From NCBI GenBank assembly GCA_040954595.2, contig CM082590.2:310001-374000 (forward strand): a stretch of 64,000 nt of DNA. Reading direction: 5' to 3'. Numbering within the stretch: position 1 is the stretch's first letter; each line of letters opens with the position of its first letter. This DNA comes from Balanoglossus misakiensis (lineage: Eukaryota > Animalia > Hemichordata). A model generated the notes under the pieces. That model was given only the letters and a program-made list of their open reading frames with translations, made no database searches and was not told where the DNA came from. A program made the position numbers and the translations under genes. Shown here piece by piece: positions 52,643 to 64,000 of the stretch.

Positions 52643-53180
52643 ATTGTAAAATAAGTATGTAAGATAGTTCTTTTTGACAAATCCAATTGAAATAGTGAAA
52701 GATATAACTCACAAAGTTAATAGTTACGTTTTCACTGCTAACCTAGCAGCTTCTTCAGACTGACAACTCAATCCATACGTTTTGGTACAGCTGTTATATG
52801 CTACCGATGTGGATCAGAAGGAAGGGAAAAAACATTCTAAACAAGGATGAGGGGGCTTACAAGTTACATAACATCCATACAGCCTCGTTTTGGTACAGCT
52901 GTTATATGCTACCGATGTGGATCACAAGGAAGGGAAAAAACATTCTATACAAGGATGAGGGGGCTTACAAGTTACATAACATCTTTGATCATCTCATCCA
53001 TAAAGCGCCCCCAACGGTAGCATATAACAGCTGTACCAAAACGAGGCTGTATGGATTGAGTTGTCAGTCTGAAGAAGCTGCTAGGTTAGCAGTGAAACGT
53101 AACTAACTTTGTGAGTTATATCTTTCACTATTTCAATTGGATTTGTCAGAAAGAACTATCTTACATAGTTTTATCAACGG
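52643..53180 (+). mobile_element. Penelope-like retroelement remnant with inverted pseudo-LTR
   Basis: GIY-YIG C-terminus WIRRKGKNILNKDEGAYKLHNIFDHLI (duplicated), followed by CTGAAGAAG...GAAACGT; 52643-52790 is an inverted copy of 53035-53175. Confidence 0.8.
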
Positions 53181-53233
53181 TTTACACAGACACATTGCAA
53201 AAACAATGGAATTGGTAGTCTCCTTGAATTTAA

Positions 53234-54513
53234 AGGAATTATTACACCTATTTTTATTTCATTTGAGTGTAAAAGATTCATTTAGTAAAATAACCATTTT
53301 ATCCAAATCAAGACATTATATTTTGGCTGTGGTTTTCTATAATTAATGATTCATTAATAAAATCGTCGAAATTCATGTCCCTCAGAAAAAATCTCAATTC
53401 GTATTTGCCGCGTATAGACCACGTGACATGACGTCATTGGGGGAAGTCGTTGCCAGTATGTAAACAGTGATATCGTTGCACAGCTTAGCCCAAAGCGAGA
53501 GTCCCGCGTTTCCATCATTATTATCAAACGATGCGTCGTCGGGGGCTGTAAAAACACTATCCGTAGTGTACATAGTGTACATAGATTTCCGAAAAGCAAA
53601 GGACTGAGAGAAAAATGGGAGCGCTTCGTACAAAACGGCCAAAAGGTCACTTCATCACCGTAAAGGTAATGATGAATGGAACTGTACCGGTGTTATGCCA
53701 GTTTTGGGTAACCGGTCGCTTGTGAACAGGGAGTTTATCTGTGATATTTATGTATGAAATTTGTCGTCCCATTACGTTTTTTTCACAACTGAGATGTCAG
53801 CAATGATGTTTTAGTACGGACCATCTCGGCATGGCGTAGTGCCGCGCACCGGGTTCTTAGTGTATATATCGGTGATCAGACGAGCGCAGACCTCCGTATC
53901 GGGGAGGCAGATCGGCTACGAGAATATTTGAGTTTCACTGAACCACTCCCTGAATATTTATTGTAAAATAAAAACAAACAAACAGAAAATGATGCTTATT
54001 CACCAATCTATATTTCCCACTCGAGAAGACTCTGGCGAATCTCGACCCGCGCTTGCAGGCATTTCTTCGCTCGGTACATCGACGGATTCCCCACCAGCCC
54101 GAACAGGTTGAGGAGAGACCTCACCTCACGCCTTGCTGGACAGGAATTTCCTTGAAAGCAGCGACGAAGAGCCCAAAACTCTCCATCGCTACTGTCTGAA
54201 TCTTATACTCTCCCAACAAAATGCCTCGTCACTGACCGTGTTTACCGTTGACGCCATAAAAGTCAAGTAGACGACACGTACGCCTCTCGATGCGATGAAT
54301 TGTAGACTGAAAGCGAAGGAGAGCCCCCAATGACGTCACACGTAACGGGACCGTTCAGACAGAGATTTTTTTGAAGGAGTGAACATTTATTAGGATAACA
54401 TTTATTCATCGACGAGAATAAAAAAAAAACGACACCAGAATTCAAATCATGAATGCAATTTTAGTTTACAGTCAAACAATGAAAAATATTTTTTGATAGG
54501 TGTAATAAACTCT
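53234..54513 (-). mobile_element. Kolobok-type non-autonomous element, copy 2
   Basis: TTAA TSDs (53230-53233, 54514-54517); inverted copy of 22957-24240. Confidence 0.85.
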
Positions 54514-54599
54514 TTAAACGCGAATAGTTGCTGCTGTTAGCATGTTTTTCTCTTAATCACCAACAGCCATTTTTTTTAATTTAAGAAGGCTTTAATGAA

Positions 54600-54760
54600 G
54601 GCATCATACTCGAGTAGTTAGAGCCGTGAACTCATGATCGTTGGTTCGATCCACGGCATGGCTGTGGTGTTGTGTCCTTTGGCAAGGCACTTTACTTCTC
54701 ATTGCTTCTCCCCACCCAGGAGTACTGGGTACCTGGTAGGACAGAGATTGCAATGTGTGT
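54600..54760 (+). mobile_element. tRNA-derived CORE-type SINE
   Basis: B box GGTTCGATCC, then GTGTCCTTTGGCAAGGCACTTTA...CCACCCAGG...GGGTACC. Confidence 0.7.
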
Positions 54761-54765
54761 GTCAA

Positions 54766-55055
54766 AGCGCGTAGCTCGTCTCACACGCATGTTCCAATTG
54801 TAGCCGCTGGTTACAGATGTTTAGTGAACAGTCAATCCCATAAGGCAGTGCTCACACAAGATGGCGGCGACCATAATCTGTGTCGGAGATCGGGAAAAGA
54901 CACTAGCTTGGGTGAAAAGAAGGGGCAAAACCTGAATCTACTTATACGGTGCGCATGAAATATGGAAGGAAGCGAAGGCAGTCCACTATTTGAATGCATC
55001 GAATGAAAAATTTGCTGGGAAGTTACGCGCATGCGCGTGAGACGAGCTACCCGCT
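54766..55055. mobile_element. Kolobok-type MITE inside the SINE tail
   Basis: TIR AGCG(C/G)GTAGCTCGTCTCAC; flanks TCAA / TTAA. Confidence 0.7.
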
Positions 55056-55419
55056 TTAAGCTCTGCTGCGCTTATGGCTGAACATGGGTCTATGTATGTG
55101 ATAAACATATAAATTCCCTGTATTCCTCACTCGTGTGTCAGCGTCACCCGTATAGCTGTATAGCTGGATACGACCGCTATACGGGGAATCACTCATCCAC
55201 GACACAGACACACTCGTTCAAAATACAGGGGAATTATCTATAATTATATATTATTATCATTAATTTTCAAATATTATCGTGTGCATACCACAATAGTTGG
55301 GTACTTTTGGAATGGGTGGTTGAATATACAGGTGTTGCAGCCATATTTAATTGTTAACTTGTTTATATTTTTATGTAGAGCCACAATCAGGGGTTGATAA
55401 CATTTTTGTTTACCATACA

Positions 55420-55572
55420 GTGTGTGAGGAAAGCATGTTCTATGTTAAAGTCGGATCATGTTTTAATTTCAGGATTACAACTGCTTCCTTCTGGAAGACG
55501 TTTTAAGTGTTCAGTTTGTAATACAAACAGGCTCAAGAGTTCTTGTAATTCTACTGCTGTGCGGTTTCTTAA
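55420..55572 (+). pseudogene. Rex1/Babar LINE 3'-end fragment
   Basis: LLPSGRRFKCSVCNTNRLKSS..STAVRFL matches the Rex-Babar RT C-terminal motif LLPSGRR......T.RLK.SF...AVRLLN. Confidence 0.7.
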
Positions 55573-56161
55573 GGATGTACGCGCAGAACATAAACCGGAA
55601 ACACTTTTTCCCCCATGGGATTACATTGATTATCGCTAGAAAACAAACTTCTACTATTGTCATTTTCACGGAATTTTAGATATAGCTCAGTCCAGCAAAT
55701 ATAATTTCATTGGTCAAATAAAATATAGGGGTCACCGAGCTCTATTTTGAGATAAATTGTGTTACAAATTTTGCCCATAGACAAACCATTGGTGAAAAAT
55801 GCTAAGTCAGCAGATTTCTTCTCTTATCGAGCAAATTCATAGCTCTGTATTTCAAAAACAAGCGTGGTGACCCCTATTTTTTATTACGGATTTTCATTAT
55901 ACATACAAAGGAGAATAAAAAATCCACAATTAAAAAAAATGACAATACTTTCAATTTTACTGAACGTACATCCTTAAAGGTATACGGTCTCCTATGCAAA
56001 TATTGCTACAGTTACCCTGGCAAATTGAGATCTAGCGAATCACAGATTTTCAGTGGCTGGCACACACAAAAAAACAGCGCAACCACATGTTCTTTAGAAC
56101 ACTCAAATATGCCATTTCAGCCATATATCAGCGTATGTAAATTTGAGGTGACCGTATAACT
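55573..56161. mobile_element. Two different Kolobok-type MITEs in tandem sharing a TTAA (55573-55973 and 55978-56161)
   Basis: TTAA-GGATGTACG...CGTACATCC-TTAA-AGGTATACGGTC...GACCGTATAACT-TTAA. Confidence 0.8.
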
Positions 56162-57757
56162 TTAAGGTTATGGTTACTGTTAAGGTTGTATGCATGTGTA
56201 CTACCGGTAGGCTGGTTCCCAGCCCCATTTCTCAGCTAAAGCTTTACTAAATGGAATCAGTAGCTCTACCATGTCAACACTTCGTAAATAACTGCCATAT
56301 TTGCACTATTTTGATGATTTTACTTTATACACAAACATATTATCAACCTCTGATTGTGGCTGTACATTTAAATATGGAAAAAATTAAACAGTGTACATAA
56401 TGATATATTTGGGCATTAAAATTTTGCGCATTTAGTCTAATTTGGCACTATTGGTGGTGTTTTAGTACAAACCCTCTGGCTAATAAAACTTTATGCAAAA
56501 CTTGATACATTTTCCTAATGCAAGTCATTTGTGAGTAACTTTCACAACTTTGCAACACATTTTCTTTTCAAATACCATGCCGACTGTTCTGAAATGAGTT
56601 TTCATTGTGTCAATGAAAGATTTTTATCACACATTTTGACCTTGAACTATGCAACTGAAAAAACATTCACATGTCTCGGTGTTAAAAGGGGATTTTCCTG
56701 TAAATAAACCAAGTGTGACAGAGCCATCATAGGTGGAAGTGCGTCATACTGCAGCTGAAAGATAAAATGATTATAGCCATCGCCAAAATCTTCGCCATGT
56801 CTACTAGTTTGATGCAGAGGTTGAAAAGGGCCCTGTTGCCAGCTCCAACCCAACCTGGCTTGCTGAACCCAAACAACTCTCAAAACGTTACCTAGCTCTG
56901 TCCCCTGACTGATGCTTACAGCCATAGCCTACCAAGATGCAGTGCGTGGTTACTACACTCCATAGCCTAACATGTAGAATGTTGAGAAAACGGTAAGACA
57001 ATATTGTCATTATCTTGAAATTTTCACAAAAGATGCCAAACAAGGAGTATTATTAAATTATATAAAGAAAAACTATGTCACCACACTTGAGGTTTTGATA
57101 GAGCTCTTCAGATATTTTCGCCATTGGACAACTGTAATATTGGAAGTGCAAGAAAAAAGCTGACTCAGCATTTTCTACGATATTTAAGACCTCCCGGCTA
57201 TAAAAAAGCATGGGAACACCCTGTTTTCTCTCCATATTCGGTTTTCAAGTGAACCGTTACCTTGCTAGTAGAGAGATTCTAATAAAATCTTGTGAAAAAC
57301 TGGAGTGATTTATGTCAGTTTTATTGACTGTCACTTATTGGTAGCAGCGTAGTGTCATTCGAGATATGCAAAAGTGACGTAAGAGGCTAAGTTCCCAAAA
57401 CTGTCTGCTGGAAGGCCAAAGTTCACAGAACGTCTCTCGAACGCAAACGATAAGCTGAGCAAGCCAGTCAATCACAAAGTAACGCCATATGTAATTGTCA
57501 AACAACAATTTCATTGGATTTTTTATGAACCTAAGTACAGCGATGGTGCCGAACCAGTTTATTCAGCCGCTGGTTGTAAGAGTACTCAACTATCGAGGTA
57601 TGCATACATGGGTTTGGGAATTTCTATAATTTCAAAATGGTATTGTATGTCAACAAAGGATATGGATAAGGTTGAAGTATTTTATTGGTTAAAATATGTT
57701 AAAAGTGGCAGCTATTGGGGCTTTGAAGTTGAGTGAGAGAGAGAGTAGACCATTTAC

Positions 57758-57838
57758 CCTGCACTGGCAGACCTGGCAACTCTAGAGGGCGCCTTAGGAG
57801 GAATGTCTCTACTTTCCCTTCTTGATCGAGTGCTGTGT
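57758..57838 (-). CDS. CCDC13: Probable CCDC13 exon (low-complexity linker)
   Basis: Strong ttttcttttcAG acceptor and GTAAAT donor, 81 bp, open in phase 2-2 (HSTRSRRESRDIPPKAPSRVARSASAG) and compatible with the 52439-52567 exon. No conserved motif, so the assignment rests on phase and position. Confidence 0.55.
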
Positions 57839-58030
57839 CTGAAAAGAAAATAAGAATACTTTCTTATTTACACAGCTTACAAATCAAAAGTTTCTTGGTT
57901 CATAGATAAGGAGAAAAAAATTGAACATCACACTTTCATACCCAGAGCACTCTTTTAACAGCATGGTTTAGTCCAAACATAATTTTTCTAAGATAAGCTA
58001 GGACTCAAGAGGAGTAAGACAAGGATGCCC

Positions 58031-60720
58031 CTTATAATAATAATTAATAATAATAATTTATTTGTATAGCGTCAGTATCCACAAAAAAAATGTGATCAAT
58101 GACGCTTAAAGCAAAAGTACAATACAACAAATGGCTAAAAAACAGATTTAAAAAGTAAAGTTTTAACATTTGATTTAAAAACAGATAAGTCTGGTGCCTG
58201 GCGAATGGTGAGTGGAAGATTATTCCAAAGAATTGGAGCAGCAACAGTAAAAGCACGATCACCATAACTCTTGGTGCGTGATCGAACAGGGCAGAGTTTG
58301 AACTGATCAGCTGACCTTAAATTGCGACATGGAACATATAGATTAGTCATGCTAGAAAGATAGATTGGACCAAGTTTATGAATGGATTTAAAAATGAGAA
58401 CTAACATCTTAAAAACAATACGCTCTGTAACAGGTAGCCAGTGCAACTGATACAAAATTGGAGTGATGTGACAGGTGATTTTAGAACGAGTTACAATTCT
58501 AGCAGCAATATTCTGAACGCGTTGGATACGGTTGATTGAATACTTCGGGAGCCCAAATAAAAGTGAATTACATGAATCAATTCGAGACGTAATGAATGCA
58601 TGAACTAATTGCTCTGTAGCTGAATGAGATAAATATTTGCGGATAAGCGCAATGCGACGTATATGAAAAGTGGCAGAGCGGCAGATCTGTCCAATATGTG
58701 GCTTCATTGTCAGACAAGAGTCAAGGATCACTCCAAGGCTCTTAGCCTGACAATGGACGGGAATCAGAGAATCGCCAACACGAATTTCTGAAATCCCTCT
58801 AGCAGACAGATCACCCAAAATACCAGAGAAAATAACAAATTCAGTCTTATCATCGTTTAAGCACAAGAAGTTTTCAGACATCCAAAACCTAACATCAGAA
58901 ATACAAAGTTCAAGATTTGAAACAGTTCTTGCTGCGTTGTCTTTACTAAAAGACATATAAAGTGAAGAGTCATCTGCATAAAAACTATAAAGACAACCAT
59001 GACTTTGAACTAATTCACCTAATGGAGACGTGTACATATTGAAAAGTATGGGACCAAGAACTGATCCCTGTGGTACCCCAGTGTCGAGCGGATAAAAAGG
59101 TGATTGGGTGGAATTTACAAGTACACACTGACTACGATTGGAAAGGTATGACTTAAACCACATGAGAACAGTATCTGAGAGACCGAAGCGGTCTCGTAAG
59201 CGATTGAGTAAAATGGTATGGTTCACAGTGTCAAATGCTGCGGAAAGATCGAGTAATACCAAGAAAACATCTCTTTTTTCATCAAGAGCAAGCAAAATGT
59301 CATTTGTTACTTTGAGGAGAGCAGTCTCAGTACTGTGTCCTGGCTTGTAAGCAGATTGCAAAGGCTCGTCCAATGAATGGTTGACAATGTGAGAAGTCAG
59401 TCTCTTGGCAACAATACGTTCCAGGATCTTCGACAAAAACGGCAGGTTGGATACAGGACGGAAATTTTTGAGAACTTCATGATCAAGAGATGGCTTTTTA
59501 AGTAGAGGTTTAACGACGGCTTCCTTGAAATGAGCAGGTACAACACCATACTGCAGAGAGTTATTGAAGATTTCTGTGATATGTGGTAACAAAACTTGTA
59601 AAATGTCAGAATGTTTGAAGATCTTGGTAGGAATCGGATCAAGGTGACAAGTAGATGAAGGCGATGCACGAATAACCTTGTCAATTTCATCAGCTGTTGT
59701 AGGCTCAAAGGCATTAAGGCGACAATCGGATTTCAATTCAGTTTGTGGTTGTGAATGATGTCGAATGGAATTGCCCATATTTATAGTTAGTGATTTTACG
59801 CGATTAATGAAGAATTTTGCAAAACGATTTGCTAATTCCAGAGAATCATCATGTTTTGGTAGTACAGTGGATGTGTTATTGTGACCAAGCAGTCCCTTTA
59901 CGACCTTGAATAATTGTTTTTGGTTACCTGAGCACTCGTCAACAAGGCCGACATAATGGTTCTTTTTAGCAGCATCCACAAGGCGAACGACGTCGGTCCG
60001 ACAGGCCCTGTAAATCTGGCGATGTACTTCCAACCTAGATTTTCTCCACATTTTTTCTGCCTTCATTCTTTTCAACCGGGCATCGATGATTGACTGATTA
60101 ATCCATGGCACTGGTCGCCTATTTGGCACTAGTCTCACACGGGTTGGTGCATGGCGATCAAATATATCGCTAACAGTGTTTTTAAGCAAATCCCAATTAG
60201 TAGATACGTCAGCATCGGGTTGAAGGCGGATGGATGCAGATAATTCAGCAGCGAAACCATTAGCGGAAAAGGATTTCATATCCCTTGATGTAACAGATTT
60301 ACGCGTGTTTCTAACGTAAGAGTAATTGCGTATTGAGAATAACACTGGGAAATGATCAGAGATCGCATGGATCGGTTCAACTCGGACATCAGCGATGGTA
60401 CTGTCATCAGCACGAGTAATGATATGGTCAATAGTATGGCCAGCACGATGTGTAGGAGAAGTTATCAATTGACTCATAGAGAACGACTCCAGAATGTCAT
60501 GATATTTCCGGGCATTTGGGCAGTTCAGATTGTCAATATGAAAATTGAAGTCGCCAGTGATGACAAGAGGGGCGTTGTTGGTGAGATGAGAAGACAAGAA
60601 GTCAGTGAAGTCATTAACGAAGTCATCAACAGTGAAACCATTTGTTTTATTCGGAGGAGGACGGTAAACCGTGGCTAGTGTGATATGCGACGATGGAGTT
60701 TTTATACGTACCTCCTTGTC
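58031..60720 (-). mobile_element. L2-clade LINE, 5' truncated
   Basis: The 3' end CGCTATACAAATAAA(TTA)n is typical of L2; the ORF2 frame is continuous from within the endonuclease domain. Confidence 0.92.
58135..60597 (-). CDS. L2 ORF2 (partial APE endonuclease plus intact RT)
   Basis: GDFN, SDH, NFRPVSNLPFLSKILE, HSTETAL, LDLSAAFD, GVPQGSVLGP, YADD, LHWLPV. No stop over 820 aa, and the frame extends upstream (YRPP near 60660). Confidence 0.93.
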   Translation of the reverse strand: MSSHLTNNAPLVITGDFNFHIDNLNCPNARKYHDILESFSMSQLITSPTHRAGHTIDHIITRADDSTIADVRVEPIHAISDHFPVLFSIRNYSYVRNTRKSVTSRDMKSFSANGFAAELSASIRLQPDADVSTNWDLLKNTVSDIFDRHAPTRVRLVPNRRPVPWINQSIIDARLKRMKAEKMWRKSRLEVHRQIYRACRTDVVRLVDAAKKNHYVGLVDECSGNQKQLFKVVKGLLGHNNTSTVLPKHDDSLELANRFAKFFINRVKSLTINMGNSIRHHSQPQTELKSDCRLNAFEPTTADEIDKVIRASPSSTCHLDPIPTKIFKHSDILQVLLPHITEIFNNSLQYGVVPAHFKEAVVKPLLKKPSLDHEVLKNFRPVSNLPFLSKILERIVAKRLTSHIVNHSLDEPLQSAYKPGHSTETALLKVTNDILLALDEKRDVFLVLLDLSAAFDTVNHTILLNRLRDRFGLSDTVLMWFKSYLSNRSQCVLVNSTQSPFYPLDTGVPQGSVLGPILFNMYTSPLGELVQSHGCLYSFYADDSSLYMSFSKDNAARTVSNLELCISDVRFWMSENFLCLNDDKTEFVIFSGILGDLSARGISEIRVGDSLIPVHCQAKSLGVILDSCLTMKPHIGQICRSATFHIRRIALIRKYLSHSATEQLVHAFITSRIDSCNSLLFGLPKYSINRIQRVQNIAARIVTRSKITCHITPILYQLHWLPVTERIVFKMLVLIFKSIHKLGPIYLSSMTNLYVPCRNLRSADQFKLCPVRSRTKSYGDRAFTVAAPILWNNLPLTIRQAPDLSVFKSNVKTLLFKSVF

Positions 60721-60730
60721 AACCGCACTT

Positions 60731-63250
60731 TATTACGGACCCAAGCCAAGCCAGGCTTGGGCCCGTATTGGTTTCGTTGGGGTTTTACGGGCCCAAGCCA
60801 AGCCAGGCTTGGGCCCGTATTGGTTTCGTTGGGTTTTTTTACGGGCCCAAGCCAAGCCAGGCTTGGGCCCGTATTGGTTTCGTTGGAATTTTACTTTCTT
60901 TCTTTCTTTCTTTATTCTTGTGTCAATTCTTTGACCCACGAGATCTCAGACACTGCTGCAGGTACACTTCTGAAACTTGCTACAGTGGTCAAGGTCAATG
61001 AGTAGTCGTGCATTGAACCATTGAATTTTTAATTAGTCACGTGACCTGGCGGCCATCTTGGATTTTCTGAAAAAATGCAAATCTCAGATCTCAGAAACTA
61101 CAAGTCAGATCGACTTCAAATTTGGCATGCTGGTAGACTACCTTCTGCCCATCATTTTTGTAATTGGAAATTATGCTGACAAAGTTGCAGAACCAGTGAT
61201 AACCGAGACACAGGGTTTGGTGTATGTGGTCAGCTAACTGATGTCTATCAAGTTTGCGAAGAGCGTTGTGATTGGTCGAAGATTATGGCGGCCATATTGG
61301 ATTTTGTAAAAACCAGTGAAAATTAAGAAATCATTTTTCTAGTCTAAAAATAGATAGCATACAAATTCTTTTTGTGGATATGAGTCGTCATATGACTAGA
61401 ATATGTTGCAAATTTTTTGGCAATTTTCACATGACCTTTGACCTACTTTTTTAAGAACCTGCATATATGCATATATAGCTCATACTACCTGTTCTAAATG
61501 TACCAGAGTTCTGATTTTTGTGCACATTGGTATCACCCCTGCCAGGACCTACCCCAAATATTTTGGTAATTTTGGCAATGACCTTTGACCTACTTTTGAC
61601 ACATCGTTTTTTCTGCATATCTAATTCCAGGCTAACCTATAGGGCTATCATTTTGGTTTTTGATGTATGTGGATTTGTATGTGATCAAAAAATTTCGCTA
61701 CTTTTCATGACCCCTTTGACCTCTGCTGACCTCATTAAATATGTGCATACCTAATTAAAGATGAACCAATAGACCTAGAGGTTTGGTTTCTGTTGGACAT
61801 GGACCAGTATTGGGTCAACAAATTTTGCCCAAATGTTGGGTGACCTTGGGTGACCTTTGACCTACTTTTGCATATCTCGACATCCACAGCAGATACAGCC
61901 TTGGCGTTTGGAGGTATGGGGCCATAATGAAAAGCCAAAGTTTTTGGTCACCTGTGACACCTGCTTAACTCATTATTTATGTGCATACCTAATTCCGGGC
62001 TAACCAAAAGGGCTAGAGGTCTGGTTTTTGTTGGCCATGGACAACTATGGGTCAAAATTTTCTGCCCAAATTTTGGGTGACCTCAGATGACCTTTGACCT
62101 ACTTAACACTATATCAGCACCAAACATAGATATAACCTTGATATTTCTTGGGATAAAACACAGCATTATGTTTCTACTCATTAATTATGTGCATATCTAA
62201 TAATCTGATCAGATAATAGAGCTTGGGCCCGGACAATGCTGCTTGCAGCTTTAATTGGTATTGTTGGAATTTTTCTTATTCTTCTTCCGAGAAATTCGGC
62301 CAGGTAGATCTGGAAAACCGCAGCACCTAGGGGGCTGAAACTTGGTAGGGTGATAGGGGCCAATGAGTAGACGTGCAGTGGCTCGTGAATATTTAATTAG
62401 TCACGTGACCTGGCGGCCAAATTGGATTTCCTGAAAATCTTTAAACGAGTCCTTCTCAAAAACTGCTGGGCCGATCGAGTTCAAATTTGGTGTGCAGGTA
62501 GCCTACCTTCTGTCCATCATTTTACCCAATTGAAATCATGACGTCACACATGAAGTTTTTTTGCTACAATTGTTTTTCTGAAAAACTACTTAAAACTTTA
62601 AAAATCTTCTTCTCCAGAACCAGCGATTGCCGAGTCATGGGATTCGGGGTTATGTGGTCACCTAACCTATGTCTATCAAGTTTGCGAAGCGCACTGTGAT
62701 TGGTCGATCATTATGGCGGCCATGTTGGATTATCGGAAAACAATTGAAAAATGAAAATTCCATTTTGTAGCCAAAATGTTGACAGCACGGAAATTCTTTT
62801 TTTGGATATGAGTCATCATATGACCGGAAGTTGTCACAATTTTTCGGGGCAATTTTCACATGACCTTTGACCTAGTTTTAAAACAACTAATTATATATGC
62901 ATATTCCCCATACCTCCTCTTGTCAAAGCACCACAGTCATGAATTTGTGGACATGGGTACCAATGCTGCCAGGACATGACACAAATATTTCTGTAATTTT
63001 GGCAATGACCCTTGACCTATTTCTGAAACATCATTTTTCTGCATATCTTATTCCAGGCTAACCAATAGGGCTAGAGGTCTGGTTTTAGTTGGACATGGCC
63101 CACTCTGGGCTCAAAATTTTATGCCCAAATTTTGGGTGACCTTGGATGACCTTTGATCTACTTTCCCATATCTCAGCATCCACAGCAGTTAGAGTCCTGG
63201 CTTTTGGGGGGCCGATGTAGCACATATGGAGTCTTACACAAGACCTCATT
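60731..63250 (+). mobile_element. HINE-like family B, tandem copies with a triplicated 5' hairpin
   Basis: Three units TACGGGCCCAAGCC..GGCTTGGGCCCGTA at 60734-60885. The 3' end GCTTGGGCCC..TGCTGCTTGCAGCTTTAATT is at 62221-62256 (also about 7706-7741 and inverted near 6365). A second diverged unit follows. Confidence 0.6.
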
Positions 63251-64000
63251 AATTGTTTTTTTTCTTTTAGAATTTTTTGTTCTTCGCGCAAACGATTCAT
63301 GCCAAACTGCTACAGTGAATATACGTGCACGCACAACGAAACCACAAAAGATCGAAACCTAAAAATGCGGCAGCAACTGACACTATTTCCTTAAATACCA
63401 CAAGGCCGGGAGGCATGAATTGCAATTAAGATAATAAAGAAATTTCGACAATGATACTGTGTTGTGTGAGTTACATGATTGTGTTTCTATATATAACTAC
63501 TACTCTTACCCCCCATCAGTGTTTGACCCTCGAAAGCTTACGGACACTACTGCTTTGTTTCAACTAATCCTTCGCCCTGTGAATATACCCATACATTGAC
63601 CTTTTGGGGCGGGATTCTTTTTTGGCAGGCAATTCGCCTGTCAGTACCCCCCTTAAGCGCACACGACGTCGACTCTACCACTACATAGTACCGGGCCGCA
63701 GACCAGGAACTGGCGACCCGCCGTTTGTTTCCAACGCCAAATTTGAATCTAATGTTGAATTTCCGAGAAAACAATTTATCTGACCTGTAGTTTTCTTGGC
63801 TCGCTTACGTTTTAATTTGGAAACTTTTAAAAAAATCATATGCCACCGTCTTAATGACTGGCCCCTACTTTAATAATGGTATCGCCATGTTTCGCGGGTT
63901 CGTTGTTTCGCAAAGTATAACTAGCTCAGATTCCATGAACTCGAGATTCTGTGCTATTTTCCTCAATCTACTGGCCGGTTTTGGTTCTCTGCTGAACCAC

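Noticed and set aside
56647-56930. Possible additional CCDC13 exon
   Set aside because: Candidate AG/GT segments gave a stop or an incompatible phase, and no conserved motif was evident.
1-64000. Most short ORFs in the six-frame track, including repeated MDGWMDG- or IHTSI-type peptides
   Set aside because: They are antisense shadows of TE ORFs or translations of microsatellites and MITEs. No prokaryotic operon structure, rRNA or tRNA gene was found.

Overview
Repeat-dense eukaryotic DNA, most likely from a marine invertebrate (inferred from the repeat families, not verified). One host gene is recognisable: the 3' half of a CCDC13 orthologue on the minus strand, with three confident exons and one probable exon between 57838 and 31874. 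Almost everything else is transposable elements. These include a young BEL/Pao LTR retrotransposon (8234-17096), a Troyka-type Gypsy element with CG...CG termini and a 3-bp TSD (44581-49169), CR1-like and L2 LINEs, and Penelope, Rex/Babar and EnSpm/CACTA transposase remnants. Many Kolobok-, Harbinger-, hAT-, pogo-, Academ-, Helentron- and Crypton-like non-autonomous elements are also present. The best candidate for something new is that the BEL/Pao element has no tRNA primer-binding site. Instead, the 13 nt next to its 5' LTR are exactly complementary to an internal LTR site, which is also the start of a tandem duplication. This resembles Tf1-style self-priming. Also notable is a seven-level nest of transposons filling the 19-kb last intron of CCDC13, whose outermost MITE overlaps the splice donor. 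All coordinates were read by eye. Superfamily calls for non-coding elements rest on terminal and TSD signatures only.
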